From an uncultured Anaerolineales bacterium (GTDB lineage: Bacteria > Chloroflexota > Anaerolineae > Anaerolineales > UBA11858), in the NCBI GenBank assembly GCA_964589145.1, contig CAZPSL010000129.1:1-43072 (forward strand): a DNA stretch of 43,072 nt, read 5' to 3'. The position numbers and the translations under genes were made by a program. The notes under the pieces were generated by a model. The model made no database searches. It was given only the letters and a program-made list of their open reading frames with translations, and was not told the origin of the DNA. Positions 11,698 to 19,000 of the stretch are shown piece by piece. How positions within the stretch are numbered: the stretch's first letter is position 1; each line of letters starts with the position of its first letter.

Positions 11698-12179
11698 TTC
11701 CCTAACACCGGCTCCTCCACGCCCGTCAGATACACATTCCAGCCGCTGACTTCCAGCGCGGGGAGCGCAGGGTCGTCCACAACCTTGATGCCCTGCTCCA
11801 GGCAGGTCAGGCGGCAGATTTCGGCGATGTCATCTTCTCCGATGATGCGCACGTTTTCGTACCCGGCCGCCCGCACTTCCGCCAGCAGTTCCAGCACACG
11901 TTGACGGGTGCGGCGATAGAGCGTCATCGAGTTTTCGATGTAGTTGGCAGTCAGACGGGCGCGCAGGGCAATGCCCTCCGGCGTGATGATGTAGCGCAGT
12001 TTTTTGCGCTGGGCGCGCTTGGCTTTGACGTAGCCTTTGGCGATCAACCGTTTGAGATGCCAGTTGACCGTGCCGACCGCTACACCCAATTGCGCCGCTA
12101 ACGTCGCCTGGGTGACATCGGGATTGTTCTCGATTTGCTCAAGCAGGATCAGTTCACGGGTATCGGTAGGCGTTTCCAT
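11682..12179 (-). CDS. Winged-helix (MarR-like, EPS-locus-associated type) transcriptional regulator with a ~60-aa C-terminal extension
   Basis: 165-aa ORF. ILLEQIENNPDVTQATLAAQLGVAVGTVNWHLKRLIAKGYVK is an HTH plus wing. Its position at the edge of a glycan locus matches the small EPS-associated MarR-type regulators I recall. The C-terminal part (NVRIIGEDDIAEICRLTCLEQGIKVVDD) is not assigned. Confidence 0.6.
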   Translation of the reverse strand: METPTDTRELILLEQIENNPDVTQATLAAQLGVAVGTVNWHLKRLIAKGYVKAKRAQRKKLRYIITPEGIALRARLTANYIENSMTLYRRTRQRVLELLAEVRAAGYENVRIIGEDDIAEICRLTCLEQGIKVVDDPALPALEVSGWNVYLTGVEEPVLGNQVIG

Positions 12180-12248
12180 GGGATAATTTCAAAATTCAGT
12201 TGTTGAATTATAAACAGAAAGGGGAAACGGTCAAGAGGCGAACAAAAA

Positions 12249-12433
12249 GGGTGTACGCAAATGTTGTAGAAATTGGGCAGTCGTATGGGCGCTGCTTCCT
12301 TTCCCCCCACCCAACCCTCCCCCCGGCCCTCACCCCTACCCCCTCTCCCTTCGGGAGAGGGGAACCAAAGCGGAAATTTTGGGAGGGCAAGGGAGGGGGG
12401 AACACCGGCGTTCTACATCTTTTGCCTGCACCC
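12249..12433 (+). mobile_element. MITE-like element, copy A (imperfect 23-nt terminal inverted repeats, internal G/C-rich hairpins, flanking 7-nt direct repeat)
   Basis: The ends are GGGTGTACGCAAATGTTGTAGAA ... TTCTACATCTTTTGCCTGCACCC (the reverse complement of the right end is GGGTGCAGGCAAAAGATGTAGAA). ACAAAAA lies immediately on both sides (12242-12248 and 12434-12440). An internal 10-bp perfect inverted repeat cccctctccc/gggagagggg lies at 12340-12362. The first 77 nt are identical to the reverse complement of the copy at 42053-42188. Confidence 0.8.
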
Positions 12434-12440
12434 ACAAAAA

Positions 12441-12513
12441 GGGGTGAGGGCAGGGGAGGGGAGGGGAGGGGAGAGGGGAAACACTGTCGTTCTGCAACAT
12501 TTGCTTGCGCCAC
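12441..12513. repeat. Partial or degenerate copy of the same element family
   Basis: The sequence ggggtgagggcaggggaggggaggggaggggagagggg...cgttctgcaacatttgcttgcgccac ends in a TIR-like sequence (reverse complement GTGGCGCAAGCAAATGTTGCAGAACG). Confidence 0.5.
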
Positions 12514-12608
12514 AAACAAAAAGGGGACAAACAAAAAAGAGGTGACTTGAGCAGGATGCACCTACCCAAATCACCTCCATAATTCAATCGGTGTGCGCAA
12601 AAGTTACG

Positions 12609-12941
12609 TCACGTTGGGCTGCCCCGATGTGCGTTTTGCCGCAGCCAACTAACAAAAAGCAGAATTGCAGCAATAAGAGAAATGATGCCGCGGATTCCCG
12701 ACATGACCAGCAAAACGCTCCCCAGAATGCCGCTGGTCACCAGAACGGCAGTCTGGAATTTGCTGGTTTCTTCCGGCTCGGCAACCGTGACAGCGTTCCT
12801 CCGAGGGAAGCGATCCAGCAAATTTTGGCGGAGACCCGTCACAAATTCCGGCCGAGGGTCCACGGGGGTCAGGGTTTCCTGCAAAAGGGTTTCTATTCGC
12901 AGGGTTCTGCTATCGGTTTGTTTTTTCCAGAAGAACTTCAT
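12609..12941 (-). CDS. Small membrane protein, possible anti-sigma factor partner
   Basis: 110-aa ORF whose start overlaps the end of the ECF sigma gene by 32 nt. Its C-terminal half is hydrophobic (AVLVTSGILGSVLLVMSGIRGIISLIAAILLFV). No zinc-binding anti-sigma motif was seen, so the function is positional inference only. Confidence 0.5.
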   Translation of the reverse strand: MKFFWKKQTDSRTLRIETLLQETLTPVDPRPEFVTGLRQNLLDRFPRRNAVTVAEPEETSKFQTAVLVTSGILGSVLLVMSGIRGIISLIAAILLFVSWLRQNAHRGSPT

Positions 12942-13554
12942 GGTTCACTTCCATTCTTTTGGGTTCAATGCCATACTCTTCACGCAGCGCGATCAGTGTA
13001 CGATGATACAAACTTTTGATTGCGCCCTCTGTGCGTCCCATGATTCGCCCGATTTCTGCGTTGGGAAGCCGTTCAACAAACTTGAGTACCAGCAACTGCT
13101 GCCGTTCCGGAGGCAGTTGGCGGATGACTTGCAGAAGGGCTTCATGTGCTTCCGTGGTTTCCAGCAAATGCTCGGGGTGCGGATCACGCTGAAAGACAGT
13201 GTTGTAACCATCGTCCAGCGAAATCTCATTGCGGCGGCTGGTGTCGCGGTACCAGTTGGCAACCAAATTGTGCGCAATACGATAAAGCCAGGCCGAAATC
13301 GGCAGCCCGCGGTCCTGGTAGTTGCCGATGTGCCGCAAAGCGCGGTAGAACACGCGGGCAGTCAGGTCTTCGGCATCGTGCTGGTTGCCGGTGCGGTAGT
13401 AGACGTAGTTGTAAATGCGGCCTACATAGCGGTCGTACAGAACGCCAAAAGCATCTGCATCTCCAGATGCAGCGTACTGCAATACTTCCTGATCGGAAAG
13501 TTCTTCGAAGCGCCCGTTGCCGCTTACTCCATCACCTGTCATAACACCGTTCAA
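12910..13554 (-). CDS. ECF-type sigma-70 family RNA polymerase sigma factor
   Basis: 214-aa ORF. The region 2-like segment is FGVLYDRYVGRIYNYVYYRTGNQHDAEDLTARVFYRA...ISAWLYRIAHNLVANWYR. The region 4 segment is LPPERQQLLVLKFVERLPNAEIGRIMGRTEGAIKSLYHRTL. The start is either TTG at 13554 or ATG at 13542. Confidence 0.8.
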   Translation of the reverse strand: MNGVMTGDGVSGNGRFEELSDQEVLQYAASGDADAFGVLYDRYVGRIYNYVYYRTGNQHDAEDLTARVFYRALRHIGNYQDRGLPISAWLYRIAHNLVANWYRDTSRRNEISLDDGYNTVFQRDPHPEHLLETTEAHEALLQVIRQLPPERQQLLVLKFVERLPNAEIGRIMGRTEGAIKSLYHRTLIALREEYGIEPKRMEVNHEVLLEKTNR

Positions 13555-13612
13555 CCATGAAAGTTTCCTGATTTGCAGGATTGTGGGTAGTAGAGGCTGT
13601 CATGCACTTTCT

Positions 13613-13738
13613 GTGATGCAGGCAGCAGAAACCTTGCTGTTTTCCCATCTATCCTGTATCCCCTTTCATCCTTCGGGCAAGATTCGTCTCTCCAGAGAAG
13701 GGGGAGCAGCCACTGATCAGCATATTTTGCCTGCATCC
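13613..13738. repeat. Degenerate copy of the TIR element family
   Basis: It starts gtgatgcaggcagcagaaacc and ends catattttgcctgcatcc (TIR-like ends). Inside is the hairpin-prone segment cccctttcatccttcgggcaag. The boundaries are approximate. Confidence 0.4.
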
Positions 13739-13790
13739 GCACTGCAATTATACATCCTTTTTCTGTTCCGCATTGAGTGTCCATCCAAAA

Positions 13791-14095
13791 GGGATGCAGG
13801 CAAATGTTGTAGAAAAATTGCCATCTGCTAACAAACCGTGTCATTTTGGAACCCCATCCCCCCTATGCCCTCTTCACCCTTCGGGCAGGCTTCGCACTCC
13901 CCAGGGAAGGGGGGACTGGGCTTTTCGGTGTGTGCGGCGCACACACACCTGACGAACACGCCCCTCCCCAAAATTTCCGCTTTGGTTCCCCTCTTCCTGT
14001 GGGAGAGGGGTTCGGGGGGAGGGCAGGGGGAGAGCCTGGGGTGGGGCGATGTCGCCACGGCATGTCAAAACCGTATCCGATTTGCCGTGCAGTGA
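13791..14095. repeat. Composite or degenerate copy of the TIR element family
   Basis: It starts with GGGATGCAGGCAAATGTTGTAGAAAAATT. It contains ccaaaatttccgctttggttcccctcttcctgtgggagaggggttcgggg, the inverse of the cargo module in copy A (12339-12395). The right end is uncertain. Confidence 0.45.
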
Positions 14096-14111
14096 TTTTT
14101 CGGATAGCCGC

Positions 14112-15122
14112 TTAGTCCCCCTCTGCGACACAGCGGAAGCCGTAATCGTACTTCGCCACCGAAGGCCCGTTGTGCCGCCGGTCGGCAGAGAGTTGATGTT
14201 TCCAGTTGTAATCCCAAGAGCCGCCTCGTAGCACGCGGGTGATCCCGCTCTCCGGCCCGGCGGGGTTCTCGTAGGGAGCGTTGGCGTAATAGTCGTCCGC
14301 GTACCAGTCCGCCACCCATTCCCAGACGTTGCCCGCCATGTCCAGCGCGCCGTAGGGGCTCGCGCCCAGCGGTTTGCTGCCCACCGGCTGTAACCCGCCG
14401 TGACAATTGCCATATTGGGCGTGTTCGCAGTCAATCTCGCTGCCCCAGGGGAAGACGCGGCCATCTGTCCCGCGGGCGGTTTTCTCCCATTCGGCCTCGG
14501 TGGGCAGGCGCAGCCCCACCCACTGGCAGTAAGCGTTTGCCCCGTACCAGGTGACCTCCACCGCCGGATGGTTTTCGTATCCCTCGCGGGGGTGCCAGAT
14601 TCCGTCCCCGTCCTGATAGAGCAGAGCGTCCGGGCTGGCGGCATCCATCCAGGTGGCGTGACCTTCAATCCGGTTGCCCATCGCGTTCAGGAAATCTGCG
14701 TACATCGCGTTGGTGACGGGGGTCTGGTAAATCCAGAAGGCATCCAGATAGACGGGGTGCGGGGGCAGTTCGTCGTAGTCCGCGCCGGGGGCATCGGGCT
14801 GGCTGCCCATGATGAACTCGCCCGCCGGGACATACACCATCCCCGCACCGTCCTGCGGAGCGATGCGGGTCGCGCCGGGAGGGAGTGTCGGCGTTGCGGT
14901 TGGGGCGGGGGTATTCGTGGCGGTCGGCGTGCTTGACGGCTGCGGTGTGGCAGTCGGCGAGGGCATGGGGGTGTCGGAGGGCCGCGCGGTGGACGTGGAC
15001 GTGCTGGCAACCGTCGGCTGAGGGCTGGCGGCGGTCGGCTGGCGGTTTTCCGCTGTGCAGGCAGCGAGCGCGAGAACAGGCAAAAAGGCCAGAGCGAGAA
15101 AAACGGATTTGGGTGAAGTCAT
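14112..15122 (-). CDS. Formylglycine-generating-enzyme (SUMF1/FGE-sulfatase) family lipoprotein with a Pro/Thr/Ser-rich linker
   Basis: The track ORF 14112..15272 is trimmed to the ATG at 15122 (MTSPKSVFLALAFLPVLALAAC, a lipobox-like LAAC). MVYVPAGEFIMGS, PPHPVYLDAFWIYQTPVTNAMYADF, VLRGGSWDYN and GFRCV are FGE-family motifs. Confidence 0.8.
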   Translation of the reverse strand: MTSPKSVFLALAFLPVLALAACTAENRQPTAASPQPTVASTSTSTARPSDTPMPSPTATPQPSSTPTATNTPAPTATPTLPPGATRIAPQDGAGMVYVPAGEFIMGSQPDAPGADYDELPPHPVYLDAFWIYQTPVTNAMYADFLNAMGNRIEGHATWMDAASPDALLYQDGDGIWHPREGYENHPAVEVTWYGANAYCQWVGLRLPTEAEWEKTARGTDGRVFPWGSEIDCEHAQYGNCHGGLQPVGSKPLGASPYGALDMAGNVWEWVADWYADDYYANAPYENPAGPESGITRVLRGGSWDYNWKHQLSADRRHNGPSVAKYDYGFRCVAEGD

Positions 15123-15185
15123 GGTTTGGTTGCGAGTAGGCAGGTTTGCATGTGGGCAGGTTTGCATTTTTTGATGCCTGGTGAT

Positions 15186-15345
15186 TTTGGGGATTGGGAA
15201 TTGGGGATTGGGGAATGGGGAGTGGGGAGTGGGGTTCAGAAAACACCTGATGCCTGTTTCCCTGTTACCCAATCACCTGATTACCTGATTACCTGATTAC
15301 CTGATTACCTGTTTCCCAATCACCTGATTACCTGACCGCCTGTTT
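15186..15345. repeat. Inverted pair of 7-8-nt arrays (GGGGATT/GGGAATT/GGGGAGT arm facing GATTACCT x5 arm)
   Basis: The sequence is tttggggattgggaattggggattggggaatggggagtggggagtgggg + ttcagaaaacacctgatgcc + tgtttccctgttacccaatcacctgattacctgattacctgattacctgattacctgtttcccaatcacctgattacctg. It runs into the last codons and the TAA stop of ubiE. Confidence 0.85.
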
Positions 15346-16059
15346 CCCTGATTCCCGCTCCCCCCAGTGGATGGCGATGGTGCCAAAATTCAGGCGGCGG
15401 AAAGCGATCTGCTGGAAACCGGCGGCGGCCATGTGCGCGGCGAGGGTTTCGGCGGTGAGAAAGTTTTCGGAGGATTCGGGCAGGTATTCGTAAGCATCCT
15501 CCTGCCCGGCAATCAGTTTGCCCAGCAGGGGGATGACAACGTGCATGTGCAGGCGCACCAGCGGGGTGAAGAGGTTTTTGCGCGGGCGGGTGGTGTCGAG
15601 AATGACGATGCGTCCGCCGGGCTTGAGCACCCGCAACTGCTCGCGCAGGGCCTGCGGCACGTCAATCACGTTGCGCATCAGAAAGCCGGAGACCACTGCA
15701 TCAAACGCGTCATCCGGGAAGGGGAGCGTGAGCGCGTCGGCGACAGCCCAGGCGGGGATGCCGGAAGCCGGGGTACGCGCCATCCCCACGCGCAGCATCT
15801 CGAAGGTGAAATCCGCCTCGATGGGGCGGTTGGCGGGATTCTGCCGAAGGGCCTCGAACCCCAAATCACCGGTGCCGCCCCCCAAATCCAGCAGGAGACC
15901 CCCCTCCGGGGGCAGGGCAGCCCGCCGGATGACCTCCTGCCGCCAGCGGCGGTCCTGCCCGAAGGTCATCAGGCGGTTCATCAGGTCGTAGTTTCCCGCG
16001 ATGCGGGCGAACATCCCCTGGACGTATTGCGCCCGTTCCGGGCCGGTGAGGTGGGTCAT
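15328..16059 (-). CDS. ubiE: Demethylmenaquinone/ubiquinone C-methyltransferase
   Basis: 243-aa ORF. VQGMFARIAGNYDLMNRLMTFGQDRRWRQEV and LLDLGGGTGDL match the UbiE/MenG signature. Confidence 0.8.
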   Translation of the reverse strand: MTHLTGPERAQYVQGMFARIAGNYDLMNRLMTFGQDRRWRQEVIRRAALPPEGGLLLDLGGGTGDLGFEALRQNPANRPIEADFTFEMLRVGMARTPASGIPAWAVADALTLPFPDDAFDAVVSGFLMRNVIDVPQALREQLRVLKPGGRIVILDTTRPRKNLFTPLVRLHMHVVIPLLGKLIAGQEDAYEYLPESSENFLTAETLAAHMAAAGFQQIAFRRLNFGTIAIHWGERESGKQAVR

Positions 16060-16120
16060 AGAAATTTTCGTGTAGGGGCGATGGCAGGGGCGATAGTTGT
16101 AGGGGCGTGATGGGGGTCGT

Positions 16121-16150
16121 AGTAGGGGCGTGATTAATCACGCCCCTACT
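16121..16150. repeat. 30-nt perfect palindrome in a run of AGGGGCG motifs (REP-like hairpin)
   Basis: agtaggggcgtgattaatcacgcccctact is its own reverse complement. It is preceded by three further (t/c)aggggcg(a/t) motifs in 16073-16115. The core GGGGCGTGAT.AATC.CGCCCC recurs at 38538-38565. Confidence 0.85.
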
Positions 16151-16154
16151 GCTA

Positions 16155-18164
16155 TCATGCCCCTGCATTGTTTTGCAGGGCGCGGGCGTCCTCCGCCTGG
16201 GCAACGCGCTTGCCTTCTTCCACGTCCACGCGGGTGAGCAGGTAACCGCCGACCAGGAAGAAGGCCACGATGCTGAGCACCGCCGGTCGGCTGGAGCCAA
16301 AGGTGGCCGCCGCCCAGGCGAAAACCAGCGGCCCGGCCATCGCCGAGAACTTTTCCATGATGCCGAACAGCCCGAAGAACTCGCCCGATTTGGTGGCCGG
16401 TGACATGGCGGAGAACAAACTGCGGCTGAGCGCCTGGCTGCCGCCCTGCACCACCGCCACCATCCACGCCAGGAACCAGAACTCGACCACCGAGTTGATG
16501 AAATAGCCCCAGATGGCGATGATGGTGTAAACCGTGAGCGCGATCAGGATGCCGCGGCGGGTGTCCACGGTTTCGGCGAAGCGCCCGAAGAGCGGTTTGC
16601 CCAGCAGCCACGCCAGCACCAGGCCGACCGCCTGCACGGCGAAGATCATGCCGATAATCAGCCCCAGGTTGCTGTGACGCAGCGGCGGCAGCACCGCCAC
16701 GCGGGCGACCGAGATTTTCGTGCCCGAACTGTCGGGGTTGGCTTCGCCGGTGTTTTGCAGGGTCAGGACGTGCTCGCCGGGTTCGGGCGCCAGGATTTCG
16801 AGACTCTCCTCGTAGCGCGGGGTGGGGCTGTAAGCGTCAATGGTCAGGGGTTCGCCATCCTCGTCGAGCAGGGGTTCGCCATCCATGAGTACCGCCCAGA
16901 TGCCGTGGTCGGGGCCGAGGCTGTAGGTCAGTTCCAGTTTTTGCCCGTTGAAGGGGAAGGTCAGCGCCGCGCCGGGGTTGGTGGAGACCAGGTACTGCGC
17001 GTCCTCTTCCAGGCCGAGTTCGGCGGCGGAGACGGTTTGGGGCTGCCAGTCTCCCTCGGCGGTGAAGGCGTCACCCGCGGTATCGTAAATCCCCTCGCCA
17101 ACCGCGGTGGCGGTATCCGTGAAGGGGGCGGGAGGCGTCCCGGCGATCTCGTGGGGCAGCAGGCGGGCGCCCAAAATCCCCGCCAACGGCAGGGCGATGA
17201 TGTTAAAGAGCACAAACGCCAGGTAGAACGGGCGGCGTTTTTCGGTTTTGCTGGGCAGTTTGCCGAAAATCAAACTGTACGGGATGCCCACAAACTGCAC
17301 CATCAGCAGGGCGGCAATCAACTCGATGGTGCCGAAACCCAGTTCCGCCCCGTAAATCACCGCCACGCCGATAATCGTGCCGATGCCGTCCACGTAAATC
17401 AGGAAGGCGATCAGGTACTTGAAGAGTTCCCTGTACTGACGGATGTCCTTGATGGTTTGCCACAGGCGTTTGAAACTGACCGTGACGACGTTCTCGCCGG
17501 GCCTGAGGCGGGCTGCCGCCGCCGGAGGTTCGGGCACGTTCCGAAAGATGGGGATGGAGAACACCGCCCACCAGACTGCCACGCTCAAAAAGGAGAGCCG
17601 CGGCCCCCAGGTTCCCGGCAGAAGTTGGATCATCACGATATTGACGGCGAGCAGCAATCCCCCGCCCAGGTAGCCGAGCGCGTACCCGCGGGTGGAGACC
17701 ACATCCAGGTCGTCATCCCTGGCAACATGGGGCAGCAGTGCGTCGTAGAAGACATTTGCTCCCGCGAAGCCGATCCGCCCGAAGACGAACAGCAGGGAGG
17801 CCAGCATCCAGTCGCCGGTATCCACCAGCACCAGCAGGCCGGTGGCGATCACGCCAATGGCAACAAAGAAGGAGAGAAACTTCTTTTTGCCGCGCATCAC
17901 GTCCGAGATGGTGCCCAAAATCGGCGAGAGCAAGGCAACGATGAAGATGGAGAGGGAAAGTCCGGTGCTCCAGTAGGCGGTGGCGATTGCCGCGCTGGGC
18001 AGCGTCGCCCCCGCCACCTGACTGTAGTAAACCGGCAGCACTGCCGCCATGATGGTGGTGGCAAAGGCGGAGTTCGCCCAGTCGTACATCGTCCAGGCGC
18101 GGATACGGCGTTTGTACTCCTGCGGATTTTGCTCGGCGAGTTGCTCTGGGGTGATCGCGGCCAT
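16155..18164 (-). CDS. MFS transporter of the Atg22/UMF1-like family with a ~160-aa inserted soluble domain
   Basis: 669-aa ORF with a good RBS (ggagg). The N-terminus RIRAWTMYDWANSAFATTIMAAVLPVYY is typical of the UMF1/Atg22-like family. Hydrophobic segments lie on both sides of a hydrophilic block encoded at about 16674-17153. Confidence 0.75.
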   Translation of the reverse strand: MAAITPEQLAEQNPQEYKRRIRAWTMYDWANSAFATTIMAAVLPVYYSQVAGATLPSAAIATAYWSTGLSLSIFIVALLSPILGTISDVMRGKKKFLSFFVAIGVIATGLLVLVDTGDWMLASLLFVFGRIGFAGANVFYDALLPHVARDDDLDVVSTRGYALGYLGGGLLLAVNIVMIQLLPGTWGPRLSFLSVAVWWAVFSIPIFRNVPEPPAAAARLRPGENVVTVSFKRLWQTIKDIRQYRELFKYLIAFLIYVDGIGTIIGVAVIYGAELGFGTIELIAALLMVQFVGIPYSLIFGKLPSKTEKRRPFYLAFVLFNIIALPLAGILGARLLPHEIAGTPPAPFTDTATAVGEGIYDTAGDAFTAEGDWQPQTVSAAELGLEEDAQYLVSTNPGAALTFPFNGQKLELTYSLGPDHGIWAVLMDGEPLLDEDGEPLTIDAYSPTPRYEESLEILAPEPGEHVLTLQNTGEANPDSSGTKISVARVAVLPPLRHSNLGLIIGMIFAVQAVGLVLAWLLGKPLFGRFAETVDTRRGILIALTVYTIIAIWGYFINSVVEFWFLAWMVAVVQGGSQALSRSLFSAMSPATKSGEFFGLFGIMEKFSAMAGPLVFAWAAATFGSSRPAVLSIVAFFLVGGYLLTRVDVEEGKRVAQAEDARALQNNAGA

Positions 18165-18190
18165 GCGTTTCCTCCGTTTGGGTGCGGGTC

Positions 18191-18290
18191 GTTGCGGTTA
18201 TAGGGTTGCAGGTTGAAAGTTTAAGGTTGAAGGTTGAAAGTTTCAGGTTGGGGACTTTCAACCTTCAACCTGCAACCTGCAACTTTCAAC
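18191..18290. repeat. Back-to-back inverted heptamer arrays at a divergent gene junction
   Basis: gttgcggttatagggttgcaggttgaaagtttaaggttgaaggttgaaagtttcaggttgggg faces actttcaaccttcaacctgcaacctgcaactttcaac. Confidence 0.85.
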
Positions 18291-18500
18291 TTGTGCCAAT
18301 TGCTGGCAATTATAGTACATTTTTGACCGCGGACGGCAGGCGGCAGAGCGCGGTTTCTCCATCGCGGGTATAATGCGCTTGCCTTTTTCACCACAAAGTC
18401 ACCAAGACACAAAAATCCTTCTTCGCGCCTTTGAGTCTTTGTGGTAAAAACCGGCGATGGTCTGTGCCAACAACCAACGCCCCAACACAGGAGGTACAAC

Positions 18501-18917
18501 ATGAAACGACCAACCGGCATCAGCGTTCTCTTTTGGGTTTACCTGATTCTCGGAATTCTCTCCCTGCTTTGGGGGACGATGGTGCTCGGCGTGGGCGGGC
18601 TGAGTTCGCTCTTCGGCTCGCTTTTCAGCGCAGAGGGGATGATGGCTTTTGGCGGCTCCAGCGCGCTGGCAGGCTATATCGGCATTGTCACCGCGGTGGT
18701 GGAGATTGTCGTCGCCTTCGGGCTGCTGGGGCTGCACAAATGGGCCTGGTTCCTGGCGGTGCTCGGCCTGGGGCTGAACGTCGTCGCGGGCGTGATGGGC
18801 ATGTTCAGCGGCAGACTGTACGGCTTCATCTGCGGCAGTTTGGGACTGATTGTGCCCGTCATCGTGCTGTTCTACCTGCTGAAATCCGGCACCCGCGCCG
18901 CCTTCAACATGGGATAA
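18501..18917 (+). CDS. Small polytopic membrane protein, function unknown
   Basis: I trimmed the track ORF 18441..18917 to the ATG at 18501, which is preceded by caggaggt 7 nt upstream. The 138-aa product has about four hydrophobic segments (ISVLFWVYLILGILSLLWGTMVLGV...). Confidence 0.6.
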   Translation: MKRPTGISVLFWVYLILGILSLLWGTMVLGVGGLSSLFGSLFSAEGMMAFGGSSALAGYIGIVTAVVEIVVAFGLLGLHKWAWFLAVLGLGLNVVAGVMGMFSGRLYGFICGSLGLIVPVIVLFYLLKSGTRAAFNMG

Positions 18918-18960
18918 ACATCCCTGGGACTTTCGCTGAAACGCCAGGAAAATCCATGCC

Positions 18961-18991
18961 CCCAACCTCCAACCTGTAACCTTCAACCTTT
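18961..18991. repeat. Short heptamer array
   Basis: The sequence cccaacctccaacctgtaaccttcaaccttt lies directly upstream of larE. Confidence 0.7.
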
Positions 18992-19000
18992 ACGCCCCCC

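Noticed and set aside
12200-12561. ORFs of 83-117 aa on both strands (for example 12200..12550, 12208..12561, 12273..12545, 12336..12587). Comparable ORFs lie at 13838..14115 and 41284..41747.
   Set aside because: They are translations of the TIR/MITE-like repeats and G/C-rich hairpins. The same peptide strings (YANVVEIGQSYGRCFLSPHPTLPP, DWQSWQDCQS) reappear wherever the DNA repeat recurs, in either orientation.
18323-18374. TTGACC (18323-18328) and TATAAT (18369-18374) as the promoter of the small membrane-protein gene.
   Set aside because: The two hexamers are 40 nt apart, far from the 16-19-nt spacing of sigma-70 promoters. No better -35 sits at the right distance from the TATAAT.
18165-18500. 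The divergent strand-switch region as a replication origin.
   Set aside because: I saw no cluster of DnaA-box-like 9-mers and no AT-rich unwinding element. The region is explained by the heptamer hairpin array plus the 5' region of the membrane-protein gene.
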